Assembly: GCA_020724555.1 (NCBI GenBank)
Contig: DYGT01000007.1
Span: 15,258-79,257 of the forward strand
Reading direction: 5' to 3'
DNA: 64,000 nt
From: Candidatus Microgenomatus sp.
GTDB taxonomy: Bacteria; Patescibacteriota; Microgenomatia; UBA8517
The notes under the pieces are model-generated. The model was not told the DNA's origin. It saw only the letters and a list, made by a program, of their open reading frames with translations, and searched no databases. Positions 18,277-28,373 of this stretch are shown one piece after another; position 1 is the stretch's first letter, and each line of letters starts with the position of its first letter. The position numbers and the translations under genes were made by a program.

Positions 18277-19472
18277 ATAAAAAAATAGTTACAATATTGG
18301 GTTTTTTGGGGCTGTATATGCTTACAACCGGAATATCGTGGGCTGGTTTTAGCGTGTTTGGCGGCAATAATATAAGCCAAAATCCATCCGGTTTGGAGTC
18401 TGAACGTGACAGAATCGCAAGCCTCCCCAAAACAGAAGTTTGTCCTTTAAATGGACAGATGTTTTCGGAGATTGAACGCGATATCTGGCAGGAGCGTCGG
18501 CCAATGGCTGTGGTAATTGAAAACCATACAGATGCAAGACCACAGTCAGGTCTTTCCAAAGCAGATATTGTTTATGAAGTTGTGGCAGAAGGTGGTATAA
18601 CGCGTTTTTTGGCTTTATATTACTGCGCGGCGGCAGCTCATGACGTAACCATTGGCCCGATAAGAAGCGCGCGTATATATCTTATTGACTGGGCAGCGGA
18701 ATATGGACCGGAGCCTTTATTTGTTCATTATGGAGGAGCCAATAATATTTGTGGCAATTGTCCGGGAGGCGTTAAGCCTAGGGGTCAGGTGGATCCGCGC
18801 GTCATGGCTTTGGAAAAACTTATTAATATGGGTTGGAGGCATTCATCCGGAAACGCCTTGGATGGCGGAGCCAATGTAAGCTACCCAGCTATTAAGCGTG
18901 ATCAGTATCGTCTGGGTCATGAAAGTGCATGGGAACACTCGGCTATTGGCTCTTCCGACCTTTTGTTTAATTTAGGTATTGAGCGTGGTTTTGGATATAA
19001 AGACGATTCCGGAAATCCATGGGTGGATGATTTTGATATGTGGAATTTTGCCGAAGATAGTCCTCAAGCGCCTACCGCCTCAAACATCTCATTTGAATTT
19101 TGGCGCAATAAACCGGATTTTGATGTGCGATGGGAATACGACCAAGCTACAAATACTTATAAACGTTTTAACGGCGGACAACCACATACCGATTGGGAGT
19201 TTGATAAACCCCAGTTAACGGCCAAAAACGTAATTGTTATGTTTGTTGAAGAAGAAGGTCCGGTAGATACCGAGCTACATATGTATTATGAAGTGATAGG
19301 CGAAGGCCAGATGATGTTATTTCAAAATGGACAGGTGATTGAAGGTACATGGGAAAAGGACGCCATGTCCGCAAGGACTAAATTTATGGATGAAAATGGG
19401 GATGAAATTTCCTTTGTCCGGGGCCCAATCTGGATTGAGGCTGTGCCCCAAGGAAATGATATAGTATACTAA
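18273..19472 (+). CDS. DUF3048 (YerB-like) domain protein
   Basis: RP.AV.IEN...ARPQSGL..ADIVYE..AEGGITRF, GPIRSAR. Confidence 0.85.
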   Translation: MNKKIVTILGFLGLYMLTTGISWAGFSVFGGNNISQNPSGLESERDRIASLPKTEVCPLNGQMFSEIERDIWQERRPMAVVIENHTDARPQSGLSKADIVYEVVAEGGITRFLALYYCAAAAHDVTIGPIRSARIYLIDWAAEYGPEPLFVHYGGANNICGNCPGGVKPRGQVDPRVMALEKLINMGWRHSSGNALDGGANVSYPAIKRDQYRLGHESAWEHSAIGSSDLLFNLGIERGFGYKDDSGNPWVDDFDMWNFAEDSPQAPTASNISFEFWRNKPDFDVRWEYDQATNTYKRFNGGQPHTDWEFDKPQLTAKNVIVMFVEEEGPVDTELHMYYEVIGEGQMMLFQNGQVIEGTWEKDAMSARTKFMDENGDEISFVRGPIWIEAVPQGNDIVY

Positions 19473-19504
19473 AGAATACAAAAGTTCTGCCCTTTGTATA
19501 AAAT

Positions 19505-20089
19505 ATGGCTGATTTAGGTGATTTTATCACTTCAAAAGTAAGAATTAAGATTTTGGAACTTTTTTTCTCCAATGTCGGCGAAATGTACCATGTTCGCGGT
19601 ATTGTCCGTGAAGTAAAAGAAGAAATTAATGCCGTACGCCGTGAGTTAGCTCGACTTGAAGGTGCTGGCATTGTGAAAAAAGAATCTCGGGGGAACCGTG
19701 TCTATTATTGGCTGCGAACGGATTACATGCTTTATGGGGATTTACTTAGCATGGTCGCCAAAACAACCGGCTTGGGTCTTCAGATAATTAGCAATAAAAA
19801 GAAAATTGGAAGAGTGAGTTTTGTGATGTTTTCCGGTCAGTTTGTCAGGTACAAAGACCCCCAAAAAGAAGACGAAGTTGACATTTTGGTTGTTGGCGAT
19901 ATTGTTTTGCCTGAATTGGCAACCCTGATCCGCGTGGAAGAATCAAAACGCGGCAGGGAAATAAATTATACGGTTATGAGTAGGGAAGAGCTGGAATTTA
20001 GGAAAAAACGACGCGACCCCTTTTTGTTGGGAATATTATCCGGCAGCCGGGTAATGATTATTGGTGATGAGGAGGGTCTTGTAAGTTAA
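19505..20089 (+). CDS. Winged-helix regulator fused to degenerate nucleotidyltransferase domain
   Basis: SKVR.KIL..F, HVRGI.R, NAVRREL..LE..G; C-terminal EVDILVVG..REINYTV. Confidence 0.75.
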   Translation: MADLGDFITSKVRIKILELFFSNVGEMYHVRGIVREVKEEINAVRRELARLEGAGIVKKESRGNRVYYWLRTDYMLYGDLLSMVAKTTGLGLQIISNKKKIGRVSFVMFSGQFVRYKDPQKEDEVDILVVGDIVLPELATLIRVEESKRGREINYTVMSREELEFRKKRRDPFLLGILSGSRVMIIGDEEGLVS

Positions 20090-20090
20090 T

Positions 20091-21437
20091 ATGTACAAAC
20101 CCTTGGGCAAGCGACTTTTTTTTATTTTTATTCTGTTTTTTTTGGCGCTTCTTGTTAGTTTACCTAAAAATATTCCAATTAAATTTTCTGCTTTTGGTTT
20201 GAATGTAGATAAAACATTAACAAGAAAAGATTTAGACCTTTCCTTTGGCAGATTTAGGATAAAACGAAATTTCGATCTTAAGCTGGGGCTGGATTTGGTT
20301 GGGGGAAGTTATTTGGTGTTTGAAACAGATTTAAGTAAGATCGAAGAAAGCCAAAAACAACAAGCACTAGAAAGCCTGCGCGATGTGATTGAGAGAAGAG
20401 TGAATTTGTTTGGTATATCCGAGCCCAATATCCAAATATCGTCTTTTGAAGGCCGTGAGCGCATAATCGTTGAATTGCCCGGAGTTGACAATACCCAGGA
20501 AGCAATATCGCTCGTTGGCCAGACTGCTCAATTAGTTTTTGCTGAAGTAATAGAAGCTGAAGACCCTGAAAACAGTCAGGTTGTGCCCACAGAGCTCACT
20601 GGAGGCGATCTAAAGGGTGCCGGGGTCTCTTTTGACCAAGTGACGGGTAAGCCGGTAGTAACGCTGCAATTTACGGATGAAGGTGCGGAGAAATTCGCCA
20701 ATTTAACCGAAAAAAATATTGGTAAACCCCTGCCAATAATCCTGGATAATCAAATGGTTTCGGCTCCGGTTGTTCAGGATAAAATTACCGGCGGAAACGC
20801 GCAAATAAATGGAAATTTTACTCTTGATCAAGCCAAGGCCCTCTCAATTCAGCTAAATGCCGGTGCCCTTCCTGTCCCCGTGGAGCTTGTTTCCGAGCGC
20901 AGTGTGGGTGCTTCACTGGGGGCCGAATCCGTACAAAAAAGCGTTAAAGCAGGATTAATTGGCATCGCCCTTGTATTTATTTTTATGATTGTTTTTTATG
21001 GTAAATTGGGCTTAGTTGCTAATATTGGTTTAATAATTTTTGGGACACTGACGCTTGCACTTTATAAATTGATTCCGGTAGTTTTAACGCTTCCCGGGAT
21101 AGCCGGATTTTTACTATCCGTAGGTATGGCAGTTGACAGTAATATTTTGATTTTTGAGCGATTTCGTGAAGAACGTGCGAAAGGAATTAATTTGGTTTAT
21201 GCTTTGGAAACGTCGTTTAATCGCGCTTGGGATTCAATAAAAGATGCAAATATTGCTACCTTGGTCACTGCCTTTATTTTGGCAAATCCCTTGAATTGGT
21301 CATTTTTGCACGCATCCGGTCCGGTGCGCGGATTTGCCATTACCTTGGCTCTCGGGATTGCTGTGAGCTTGTTTACCGGAGTATTTGTTTCCCGTAATTT
21401 ACTGCGACTTTTAATAAAAGAAAGGAAAAGTAAATGA
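20091..21437 (+). CDS. secD: Protein translocase subunit SecD
   Basis: LGLDLVGG, RVNLFGISEP, LNAGALP, GMAVDSNILIFER, GFAITL. Confidence 0.96.
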   Translation: MYKPLGKRLFFIFILFFLALLVSLPKNIPIKFSAFGLNVDKTLTRKDLDLSFGRFRIKRNFDLKLGLDLVGGSYLVFETDLSKIEESQKQQALESLRDVIERRVNLFGISEPNIQISSFEGRERIIVELPGVDNTQEAISLVGQTAQLVFAEVIEAEDPENSQVVPTELTGGDLKGAGVSFDQVTGKPVVTLQFTDEGAEKFANLTEKNIGKPLPIILDNQMVSAPVVQDKITGGNAQINGNFTLDQAKALSIQLNAGALPVPVELVSERSVGASLGAESVQKSVKAGLIGIALVFIFMIVFYGKLGLVANIGLIIFGTLTLALYKLIPVVLTLPGIAGFLLSVGMAVDSNILIFERFREERAKGINLVYALETSFNRAWDSIKDANIATLVTAFILANPLNWSFLHASGPVRGFAITLALGIAVSLFTGVFVSRNLLRLLIKERKSK

Positions 21438-22312
21438 AAATAAATTGGATGAAATATCGCCTATTGTACGCCTTTGTCTCTTTTGCTCTGATCGCCTTAT
21501 CTGTATTTAGCCTCTTAAATTGGGGATTGACACTGGGGATCGATTTTCGTGGCGGTATCGTCATTGAATATCAGATTTCTGGGGAATTTTCATCTGAAAA
21601 TGCCACTAATCTTTTATCGGATAATGAGATCGAAGTAGGAAGCATACAGCAAATCGGAGAGAATAATTATTTATTTCGTTTGGGAGATATAAACCAGGAA
21701 CAAAGAGATAGAATTTTAGAATTGTTAAACCAGAGCGGCCAGACAGCGGAAGAAGTGCGTTTCGAGCGCGTTGGCCCCTCAATTGGTCCGGAATTAATCA
21801 AAAAGACTATTTACGCACTTTTAATCTCTGCGGGCGCCATTTTGGGGTGGGTAGCTTTGCAATTTAAAAGCATCAAATTTGGTGTTTCTGCTATTTTAGC
21901 AATGATTCATGACAATTTCATTTTAATTGGAATTTTTTCCCTGCTGGGACATTTTTATAGCGCAGAGATCGACTTTTTGTTTGTAACTGCTCTACTTACT
22001 ACTTTATCTTTTTCAGTGCATGACACAATCGTAGTCTACGACCGCATTAGAGAAATAAGAAAAAAACATGGAGGTACTATAGAGGAGGTTGCCAATAGGG
22101 CTCTTAGCGAAACCATGCGCCGTTCAATAAATAATTCAGCAACGATTGCGCTGATGCTTATTTCCCTTATGGTTTTTGGTGGAAGCACCATATTTTGGTT
22201 TGCCGCAGCGCTTTTGACCGGAACAATACTGGGCACTTACTCTTCACCTTTTGTGGCAGTACCGGTTTTGGTGTTGTGGGAAAAAATACAAAAAAAGCGG
22301 TTTAGGAAATAG
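21434..22312 (+). CDS. secF: Protein translocase subunit SecF
   Basis: GIDFRGG, VGPSIG, SVHDTIVVYDRIRE, GTYSS. Confidence 0.96.
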   Translation: MKINWMKYRLLYAFVSFALIALSVFSLLNWGLTLGIDFRGGIVIEYQISGEFSSENATNLLSDNEIEVGSIQQIGENNYLFRLGDINQEQRDRILELLNQSGQTAEEVRFERVGPSIGPELIKKTIYALLISAGAILGWVALQFKSIKFGVSAILAMIHDNFILIGIFSLLGHFYSAEIDFLFVTALLTTLSFSVHDTIVVYDRIREIRKKHGGTIEEVANRALSETMRRSINNSATIALMLISLMVFGGSTIFWFAAALLTGTILGTYSSPFVAVPVLVLWEKIQKKRFRK

Positions 22313-23723
22313 GTTTAGTTTTATTTAGTGATTTTAGTTCCAAAAGTAATGCTTCTTTTTCATTGGGGATTTGCCGGTTTTCTACTTTAGAAAAAAGTTC
22401 GTTTAGTATTTCCCCAATTTTCGGTCCGGGCTTAAGACCAAGTTCCTGCATAACATCGTACCCTGTGATTTTTAAGTCGCGCACAGTAAACGGCTGTTTT
22501 TGTACTTCGATAAGCCTTTTTTTAAATTCCTCGGTCCTCCAGCTGGTTTCGCGTGCACCGCTTCCGATTCTGTCTGCACGCCGCAGCTCCAGCATGTCTT
22601 CTATATTTTCCGGGCCAATCTTTTTAATAAGACGCCTCAGGGCTGAATCTGTCTGCTTCTCATCTACACTAAACTGGTGCCACCGTACAAGTCTTGTGAG
22701 TTTATCCTTTTGGTTTTTGCTAAGCTTTAGTCTGTCTGCAATTTGATTGGCGATCTGTGCACCTATAACTTCATGATTATAAAAAGTGATGACATTATTT
22801 TTTTGTTTTTTAAAAGTTTGAGGTTTGCCGATATCATGGATCAGGGTAGCTAAGCGTACTATCGGATCGGTTGTTTTAACTTCTTTAAGGGAATTTATTA
22901 AATGTGTGCCTACGTCATAAATGTGATGTCTTTGCGGAGATTTTTGTTCCACCCCAAAAGTTTTTTTCAATTCAGGTAGAATTTTTTCCAAAAGACCTGT
23001 TTCATCCAAAAGGAGCATCCCTTCTTCCGGGTGTGGGGAGCAAAGGATCTTAAATAGTTCATCTCGGATGCGCTCTCCGCTGATTTTATTTATTAAACCA
23101 GCATTTGATTTAATAGCGTCAAGCGTAGACTCTTCAATTGTAAAATTAAGTTCAGTGGCGATGCGCACGGCTCGCATCATGCGTAGCGCATCTTCCCCAA
23201 AGCGCTCGGCAGCATCTCCTACCGCACGAATAAATTTTTTTTCCAAGTCTAGTTTGCCATTGTATGGGTCATGAAGATAAAGCATAAGTTTGGTTTTTTC
23301 CTCGATTATTGCCGGTATTTCACTAGCTTTAAGTTCCCTGTTTTTGTTTAAGCCCAAAGCCATCGCATTGATAGTAAAATCGCGTCTTTTAAGATCCTCA
23401 AAAAGACTTGTTCCCCAGCTGACTTTATCCGGGCGACGGTTATCACTATAGCCATGCTCGGTCCTGTAGGTGGTTATTTCATGAGGTTTTAAAAAAGTAT
23501 CTTGGCTGGGAATACCTACAGTGCCAAACTGGTTATTATAATAAGCGTCTTTAAATAACGACATGATCAACTCGGGGGTAGCGTTGGTTGTGTAGTCCCA
23601 GTCAACTATGGTTTTATGCATCAGAAAATCACGGACAGCTCCACCAACGATATAAATTTCGAACCCTTCTTTTGAAAAAGTGCTCAAGATTTTATAGACT
23701 TCATTTGGTAGATTAAATATCAT
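22302..23723 (-). CDS. cca: CCA tRNA nucleotidyltransferase with HD domain
   Basis: VGGAVRD, DWD, RRDFTINA, EDALRMMRAVR, HDIGK; ATG 23723 (TTG 23744 alternative). Confidence 0.9.
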   Translation of the reverse strand: MIFNLPNEVYKILSTFSKEGFEIYIVGGAVRDFLMHKTIVDWDYTTNATPELIMSLFKDAYYNNQFGTVGIPSQDTFLKPHEITTYRTEHGYSDNRRPDKVSWGTSLFEDLKRRDFTINAMALGLNKNRELKASEIPAIIEEKTKLMLYLHDPYNGKLDLEKKFIRAVGDAAERFGEDALRMMRAVRIATELNFTIEESTLDAIKSNAGLINKISGERIRDELFKILCSPHPEEGMLLLDETGLLEKILPELKKTFGVEQKSPQRHHIYDVGTHLINSLKEVKTTDPIVRLATLIHDIGKPQTFKKQKNNVITFYNHEVIGAQIANQIADRLKLSKNQKDKLTRLVRWHQFSVDEKQTDSALRRLIKKIGPENIEDMLELRRADRIGSGARETSWRTEEFKKRLIEVQKQPFTVRDLKITGYDVMQELGLKPGPKIGEILNELFSKVENRQIPNEKEALLLELKSLNKTKPIS

Positions 23724-25416
23724 GGTCTTTTTAAACTTATCCAATTATAGCAGCATAAACGGCCGTGTCTGGAATACCCAACGCATTCTTAAAGAAAAAA
23801 ACGCCAAAGTAGAGAATATCATTGAGTTATTGCTCATGGCCCGGGGAATTGAAAATAAAAATGATATTAAGCTTTTTTTTGATCCTCCCGACCCGCATTC
23901 AATACCTCTTAAAGATATTGGTATAAAAGAAACAGAAATTAAAAAACTAACAGACAGACTGAAAAAAGCTAAAAAGGAAAATGAGCAAATTGTAATTTTC
24001 GGTGATTATGATACAGATGGCGTTTGTGCGACGACGATTGTCTGGGAGGTTTTGTATAAAATGGGTTTCAAAGTAATGCCCTATCTACCTAACCGGTTTG
24101 AAGAAGGATATGGTATAAAAGCTGATTCAATTAAAAAACTAAAAAAAATTTATCCTGATTTAGGCTTAATTATAACCGTTGACAACGGGATTGTTGCTTT
24201 TGAAGCTGCCAGCGAAGCACAAAAGTTGGGGATTGATCTTGTAATATCAGATCACCACGAGCCCGGGAGTGTAAAACCGCAATCTTTAGCGGTAATTCAT
24301 ACAACAAAAACAAGTGGCGCCGGAGTATCTTGGTTTTTAGCGCGGGAAACGGTTAAATTTTTTAAAAGTGATTTAGATTTAAAAGACTTATTGGGGCTGT
24401 GTGCCTTGGGAACGGTTGCGGACCAATTGCCGCTTTTGGGTATTAACCGTGCGCTTGTAAAACATGGAATAACGGCCCTTAGAACCACTGACAGGCCGGG
24501 GATTATTGAGCTTTGCAATGTCGCACAAGTCGTTCAAGAAAATATCGGTACTTATGAGATAAATTATGCTTTGGCTCCACGAATCAATGCCATGGGCAGG
24601 CTTGATCACGCCATGGATTCCCTGCGTCTGTTGTGTACCAAAAACCATACTCAGGCCAAAAATTATGCTAATAAAGTAGGGAAAACCAACAGTGAACGCC
24701 AAAAGATAGTAGAAGAAGTTGTTTTTCACGCAGATCAATCGGCAAGCCAAAAAAATTGGGAAAATATTATTGTTTTATCTCACGAAAGCTACCATGAAGG
24801 CGTCATTGGGCTGGCTGCAGCAAAATTGGTTGAAAAGTACCATTTGCCCGCGATCGTTATGACTGAAAATGAAGGCATCTGTAAGGCTTCGGCCAGGTCT
24901 ATTCCCGGTTTTAATATTATTAAGGCTATCCGCCAGCTTGAAGGTTATTTAATTACCGGCGGAGGGCACGAAATGGCTGCCGGCTTTAGCATTAATAAGG
25001 AAAATTTAGATAGTTTTATTAATGAAATCGATAAAATTGCCGCTTCTTTGTTAACAGATGAAATACGTACCCGTAAATTACAAATAGATCTGGAATTAGA
25101 TTTTAATGCTCTTAGCTGGGATTTGGCAGAAAAACTTATTGCCTTTGAGCCATGCGGTGTTGGTAATTTTAATCCGGTTTTTCGAACCAATAACGTTGAA
25201 ATTAAAGAAAATAAATTACTCGGAAAAGACGGGAAACATTTGCGTTTAATTTTAAAGGAAAGCGAGCGTGAATATGAGGCCGTTGCTTTTGGATTAGGCA
25301 ACCAGGCAAAAGCCTTAAATGTCGGCAGAAAGATAGACATCGCTTACAATTTGGACATTAATCGTTGGAACGGCAGGGAAAGCCTCCAGTTAAAAATCAA
25401 AGATATAATGATATGA
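23722..25416 (+). CDS. recJ: ssDNA-specific exonuclease RecJ
   Basis: GDYDTDG, TVDNG, DHH, GTVAD, PRINAMGR, GGHEMAAG. Confidence 0.95.
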   Translation: MVFLNLSNYSSINGRVWNTQRILKEKNAKVENIIELLLMARGIENKNDIKLFFDPPDPHSIPLKDIGIKETEIKKLTDRLKKAKKENEQIVIFGDYDTDGVCATTIVWEVLYKMGFKVMPYLPNRFEEGYGIKADSIKKLKKIYPDLGLIITVDNGIVAFEAASEAQKLGIDLVISDHHEPGSVKPQSLAVIHTTKTSGAGVSWFLARETVKFFKSDLDLKDLLGLCALGTVADQLPLLGINRALVKHGITALRTTDRPGIIELCNVAQVVQENIGTYEINYALAPRINAMGRLDHAMDSLRLLCTKNHTQAKNYANKVGKTNSERQKIVEEVVFHADQSASQKNWENIIVLSHESYHEGVIGLAAAKLVEKYHLPAIVMTENEGICKASARSIPGFNIIKAIRQLEGYLITGGGHEMAAGFSINKENLDSFINEIDKIAASLLTDEIRTRKLQIDLELDFNALSWDLAEKLIAFEPCGVGNFNPVFRTNNVEIKENKLLGKDGKHLRLILKESEREYEAVAFGLGNQAKALNVGRKIDIAYNLDINRWNGRESLQLKIKDIMI

Positions 25417-25431
25417 GCTATAATTGTTGGC

Positions 25432-26919
25432 ATGCAAAAAGAGGATATAATTACAAAATTTATAGTTTTATCTGAAGAAAACAAAATTCCTTTGGATAAA
25501 AATTATTTAAAAAAGGTGTTTGATTTTGCCCAGGATGCTCACGTCGGGCAGAAGCGTTTAAGCGGTGAAGATTATGTGTGGCATGGGTATGAGGTTGGAA
25601 AGATATTAGTTTCTTGGCATTTAGATCCTGAATCTATTGTTGCAGGCATTTTACACGATAGTGTAGATGATGGAGCCGCTTCGTACGAAGATCTTAAACA
25701 GTCATTTGGTGAGGGTGTGGCAAATTTGGTGCGTGGAGTAACTGTCCTTGGCAATATCCGTTTAAGGGGTAGCCATGACGCCGAATTTGTGGAAAATTTA
25801 CGTAAAATGTTTTTGGCAATTTCGCAGGATTTGCGGATAGTACTTATCAAGCTGGCAGACAGACTGCATAACATGCGAACTCTTAATTCACTTCCGCCCG
25901 ATAAACAAAAAAAGATTGCCGAAGAAACACTGGAAATTTTCGCGCCGTTAGCTGAGCGGCTTGGTATGGGGGAGGTAAAAAGCGAGCTTGAAGATCTTTC
26001 TTTTCCGATTGTTTATCCGGAAAAATACAAAGAAGTGGTTAGTCTTTCCCGATCCCAATATAAAGAAGCTGCCGAGCATATTACAAAAATGCGCCACACC
26101 ATATTGCGCTCACTCGCTAAAGAAGGTATAAAAGGCGCTAAATTACATGCAAGAAAAAAACATTTATATTCTTTATGGCGCAAACTGGAAAGAAAAGACA
26201 TAAAAGGAGATTTTTCCCAGATACACGATATTGTAGCCATGAGGATATTGGTTAATAGTATAAAAGATTGCTATGTCGCCTTGGGAGTTGTACACACACA
26301 TTATAAACCAGTGCCGCATTTGGGTGTTTCAGATTTTATAGCCCAGCCCAAGCCAAATGGCTATCGGTCAATTCACACCAAAGTTTTTGGGCCAAAAAAC
26401 CGGATCGTTGAAGTACAAATAAGAACGTTTGCTATGCATGAAGAAGCCGAATACGGAGTAGCCGCCCATTGGGCATATAGCGAAGCTAAAACAACGGGAA
26501 AAATATCTGACACCAAAGGTGTGAGCGTAGATATTGACAGATTAAATTGGGTAAAGCAGTTAGCGTCTTGGCAAGAAGAAATTGTCGACTCAAAAGATTT
26601 TTTGGAAGCGGTTAAATTTGATGCATTAAGTGATCATAATTTTATTTTTTCTCCCAAAGGGGATGTCTACGATTTACCGGTTGGGGCTACACCTGTTGAT
26701 TTTGCCTTTGGGGTTCATACAAAGCTGGGTAATTACATTCAAGGAGCAAAAGTTGACGGTAAAGTTGTTCCCTTGTCAACAGAGCTCAAAAGCGGTCAGG
26801 TGGTCGAAATTATAAAAAGCAAAAATCCAAAAAAACCAAACCGGGATTGGTTAAGATTTGTAAAAACGCCAACCGCAAGACGCGCGATCCAAAAAGCCAT
26901 ACGGGAAGAAACCGGATAA
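25432..26919 (+). CDS. rel: RelA/SpoT (p)ppGpp synthetase/hydrolase, C-terminally short
   Basis: KLADRLHNMRT, PKPNGY.SIHT, EVQIRT..MH..AE.GVAAHW, TGS (TPVDFA); ends after TGS/helical region. Confidence 0.92.
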   Translation: MQKEDIITKFIVLSEENKIPLDKNYLKKVFDFAQDAHVGQKRLSGEDYVWHGYEVGKILVSWHLDPESIVAGILHDSVDDGAASYEDLKQSFGEGVANLVRGVTVLGNIRLRGSHDAEFVENLRKMFLAISQDLRIVLIKLADRLHNMRTLNSLPPDKQKKIAEETLEIFAPLAERLGMGEVKSELEDLSFPIVYPEKYKEVVSLSRSQYKEAAEHITKMRHTILRSLAKEGIKGAKLHARKKHLYSLWRKLERKDIKGDFSQIHDIVAMRILVNSIKDCYVALGVVHTHYKPVPHLGVSDFIAQPKPNGYRSIHTKVFGPKNRIVEVQIRTFAMHEEAEYGVAAHWAYSEAKTTGKISDTKGVSVDIDRLNWVKQLASWQEEIVDSKDFLEAVKFDALSDHNFIFSPKGDVYDLPVGATPVDFAFGVHTKLGNYIQGAKVDGKVVPLSTELKSGQVVEIIKSKNPKKPNRDWLRFVKTPTARRAIQKAIREETG

Positions 26920-26969
26920 GCCAGATTAAGCGATGTCAAGGATTTGAAAAAATGCTATAGTATGTGCTA

Positions 26970-28373
26970 ATGGAAAGAATTTTAACGTCTGAAACTCCTA
27001 AAAAAATTGGCGAGAAAGTGAAGCTTATGGGTTGGGTGCATAACCTTCGAGACCATGGAAAAATCACTTTTTTGGATTTGCGTGACAAAACAGGCATAAT
27101 CCAGTGCGTTGGTCAAAACATCCCAAAATTAACGCTTGAATCAGTAGTGGAGGTGGTAGGACAAGTTGTAGAAAGGCCTGAAAAAATGATAAATCAAAAT
27201 TTGGAAACAGGCAGGATAGAGCTACAAATAGAAAAAATAAATGTAATATCTGTTGCCGGTGAAATGCCTTTGCCCTTAGAAGGTGACGGATATGACATTG
27301 ATGAAAAAACAAGGATGAAATACCGCTATTTGGACCTTCGTCGAGCCAGGATGACCCACAATATCCGTTTGCGTAGTGAAACCACGCTTTGGATTAGAAA
27401 TTATTTAAGTAAAAACGGATTTGTCGAAATCGAAACGCCAATTTTGACCAAAACCACGCCCGAAGGCGCACGAGATTTTTTGGTGCCATCCAGACTTAGA
27501 CCTGGGAATTTTTACGCACTACCCCAAAGTCCACAACAATACAAGCAACTTTTAATGGTTTCCGGCTTTGAGCGTTATTTTCAGATAGCCCGCTGCTTCC
27601 GTGATGAGGACCCGAGGGCCGATCGGGCATACGGAGAATTTACCCAGCTTGATATTGAAATGTCGTTTGTAACACAAAAAGACATTTTAACTCTATCGGA
27701 AGAATTATTTACTCAATTAGTGGGTAGTATTTTTCCTCATAAAAAAATTACTCAATCACCCTGGCCTAGGCTGAGCCATCAAGATGCTAGAAAAAATTAC
27801 GGGACCGATAAACCGGATTTAAGAAAAGACAAAAATAATCCCGATGAACTGGCGTTTTGCTGGATACTTGATTTTCCGTTGTTTACACAACAGTCAGACC
27901 AGGATTTTTTTCATGGATCGGGTAAGGCAAAATTTGCGCCGTCCCATCATATGTTTACAGCTCCTCACCCCGACGATATCGGCCTTTTGGATAGCGATCC
28001 GGCAAAAGTTCGCGGCCTTCAGCACGATTTGGTTTTAAACGGATTTGAAGTAGGCGGAGGCAGCATCCGCATTCATGATCCAAAAATTCAGGAAAAAATA
28101 TTTGATTTAATTGGATTTAGTACTAAGCAAAAAAAAGAATTTGAACATGTCTTGGCTGCTTTTGGCTATGGCGTTCCTCCACATGGTGGCATAGCTTCTG
28201 GTTTGGATCGTTTTTTAATGGTGGTACTCGGGGAACCAAGCGTGCGGGAAGTTATTGCATTTCCGGCTACAGCGGGAGGGCAAACTGCGGTAATGGATGC
28301 TCCGGGTAAGGCAACGCCCGCTCAGCTTCGTGAGCTGGGAATAAAAGTATCAACAGTCCCTAAAGAAAAATGA
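26970..28373 (+). CDS. aspS: Aspartate--tRNA ligase (short, GAD domain absent; probably non-discriminating)
   Basis: RDHG, YRYLDLR, EGARDFLVP, LPQSPQQYKQLLM, GGGSIRIH, PPHGG. Confidence 0.95.
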   Translation: MERILTSETPKKIGEKVKLMGWVHNLRDHGKITFLDLRDKTGIIQCVGQNIPKLTLESVVEVVGQVVERPEKMINQNLETGRIELQIEKINVISVAGEMPLPLEGDGYDIDEKTRMKYRYLDLRRARMTHNIRLRSETTLWIRNYLSKNGFVEIETPILTKTTPEGARDFLVPSRLRPGNFYALPQSPQQYKQLLMVSGFERYFQIARCFRDEDPRADRAYGEFTQLDIEMSFVTQKDILTLSEELFTQLVGSIFPHKKITQSPWPRLSHQDARKNYGTDKPDLRKDKNNPDELAFCWILDFPLFTQQSDQDFFHGSGKAKFAPSHHMFTAPHPDDIGLLDSDPAKVRGLQHDLVLNGFEVGGGSIRIHDPKIQEKIFDLIGFSTKQKKEFEHVLAAFGYGVPPHGGIASGLDRFLMVVLGEPSVREVIAFPATAGGQTAVMDAPGKATPAQLRELGIKVSTVPKEK

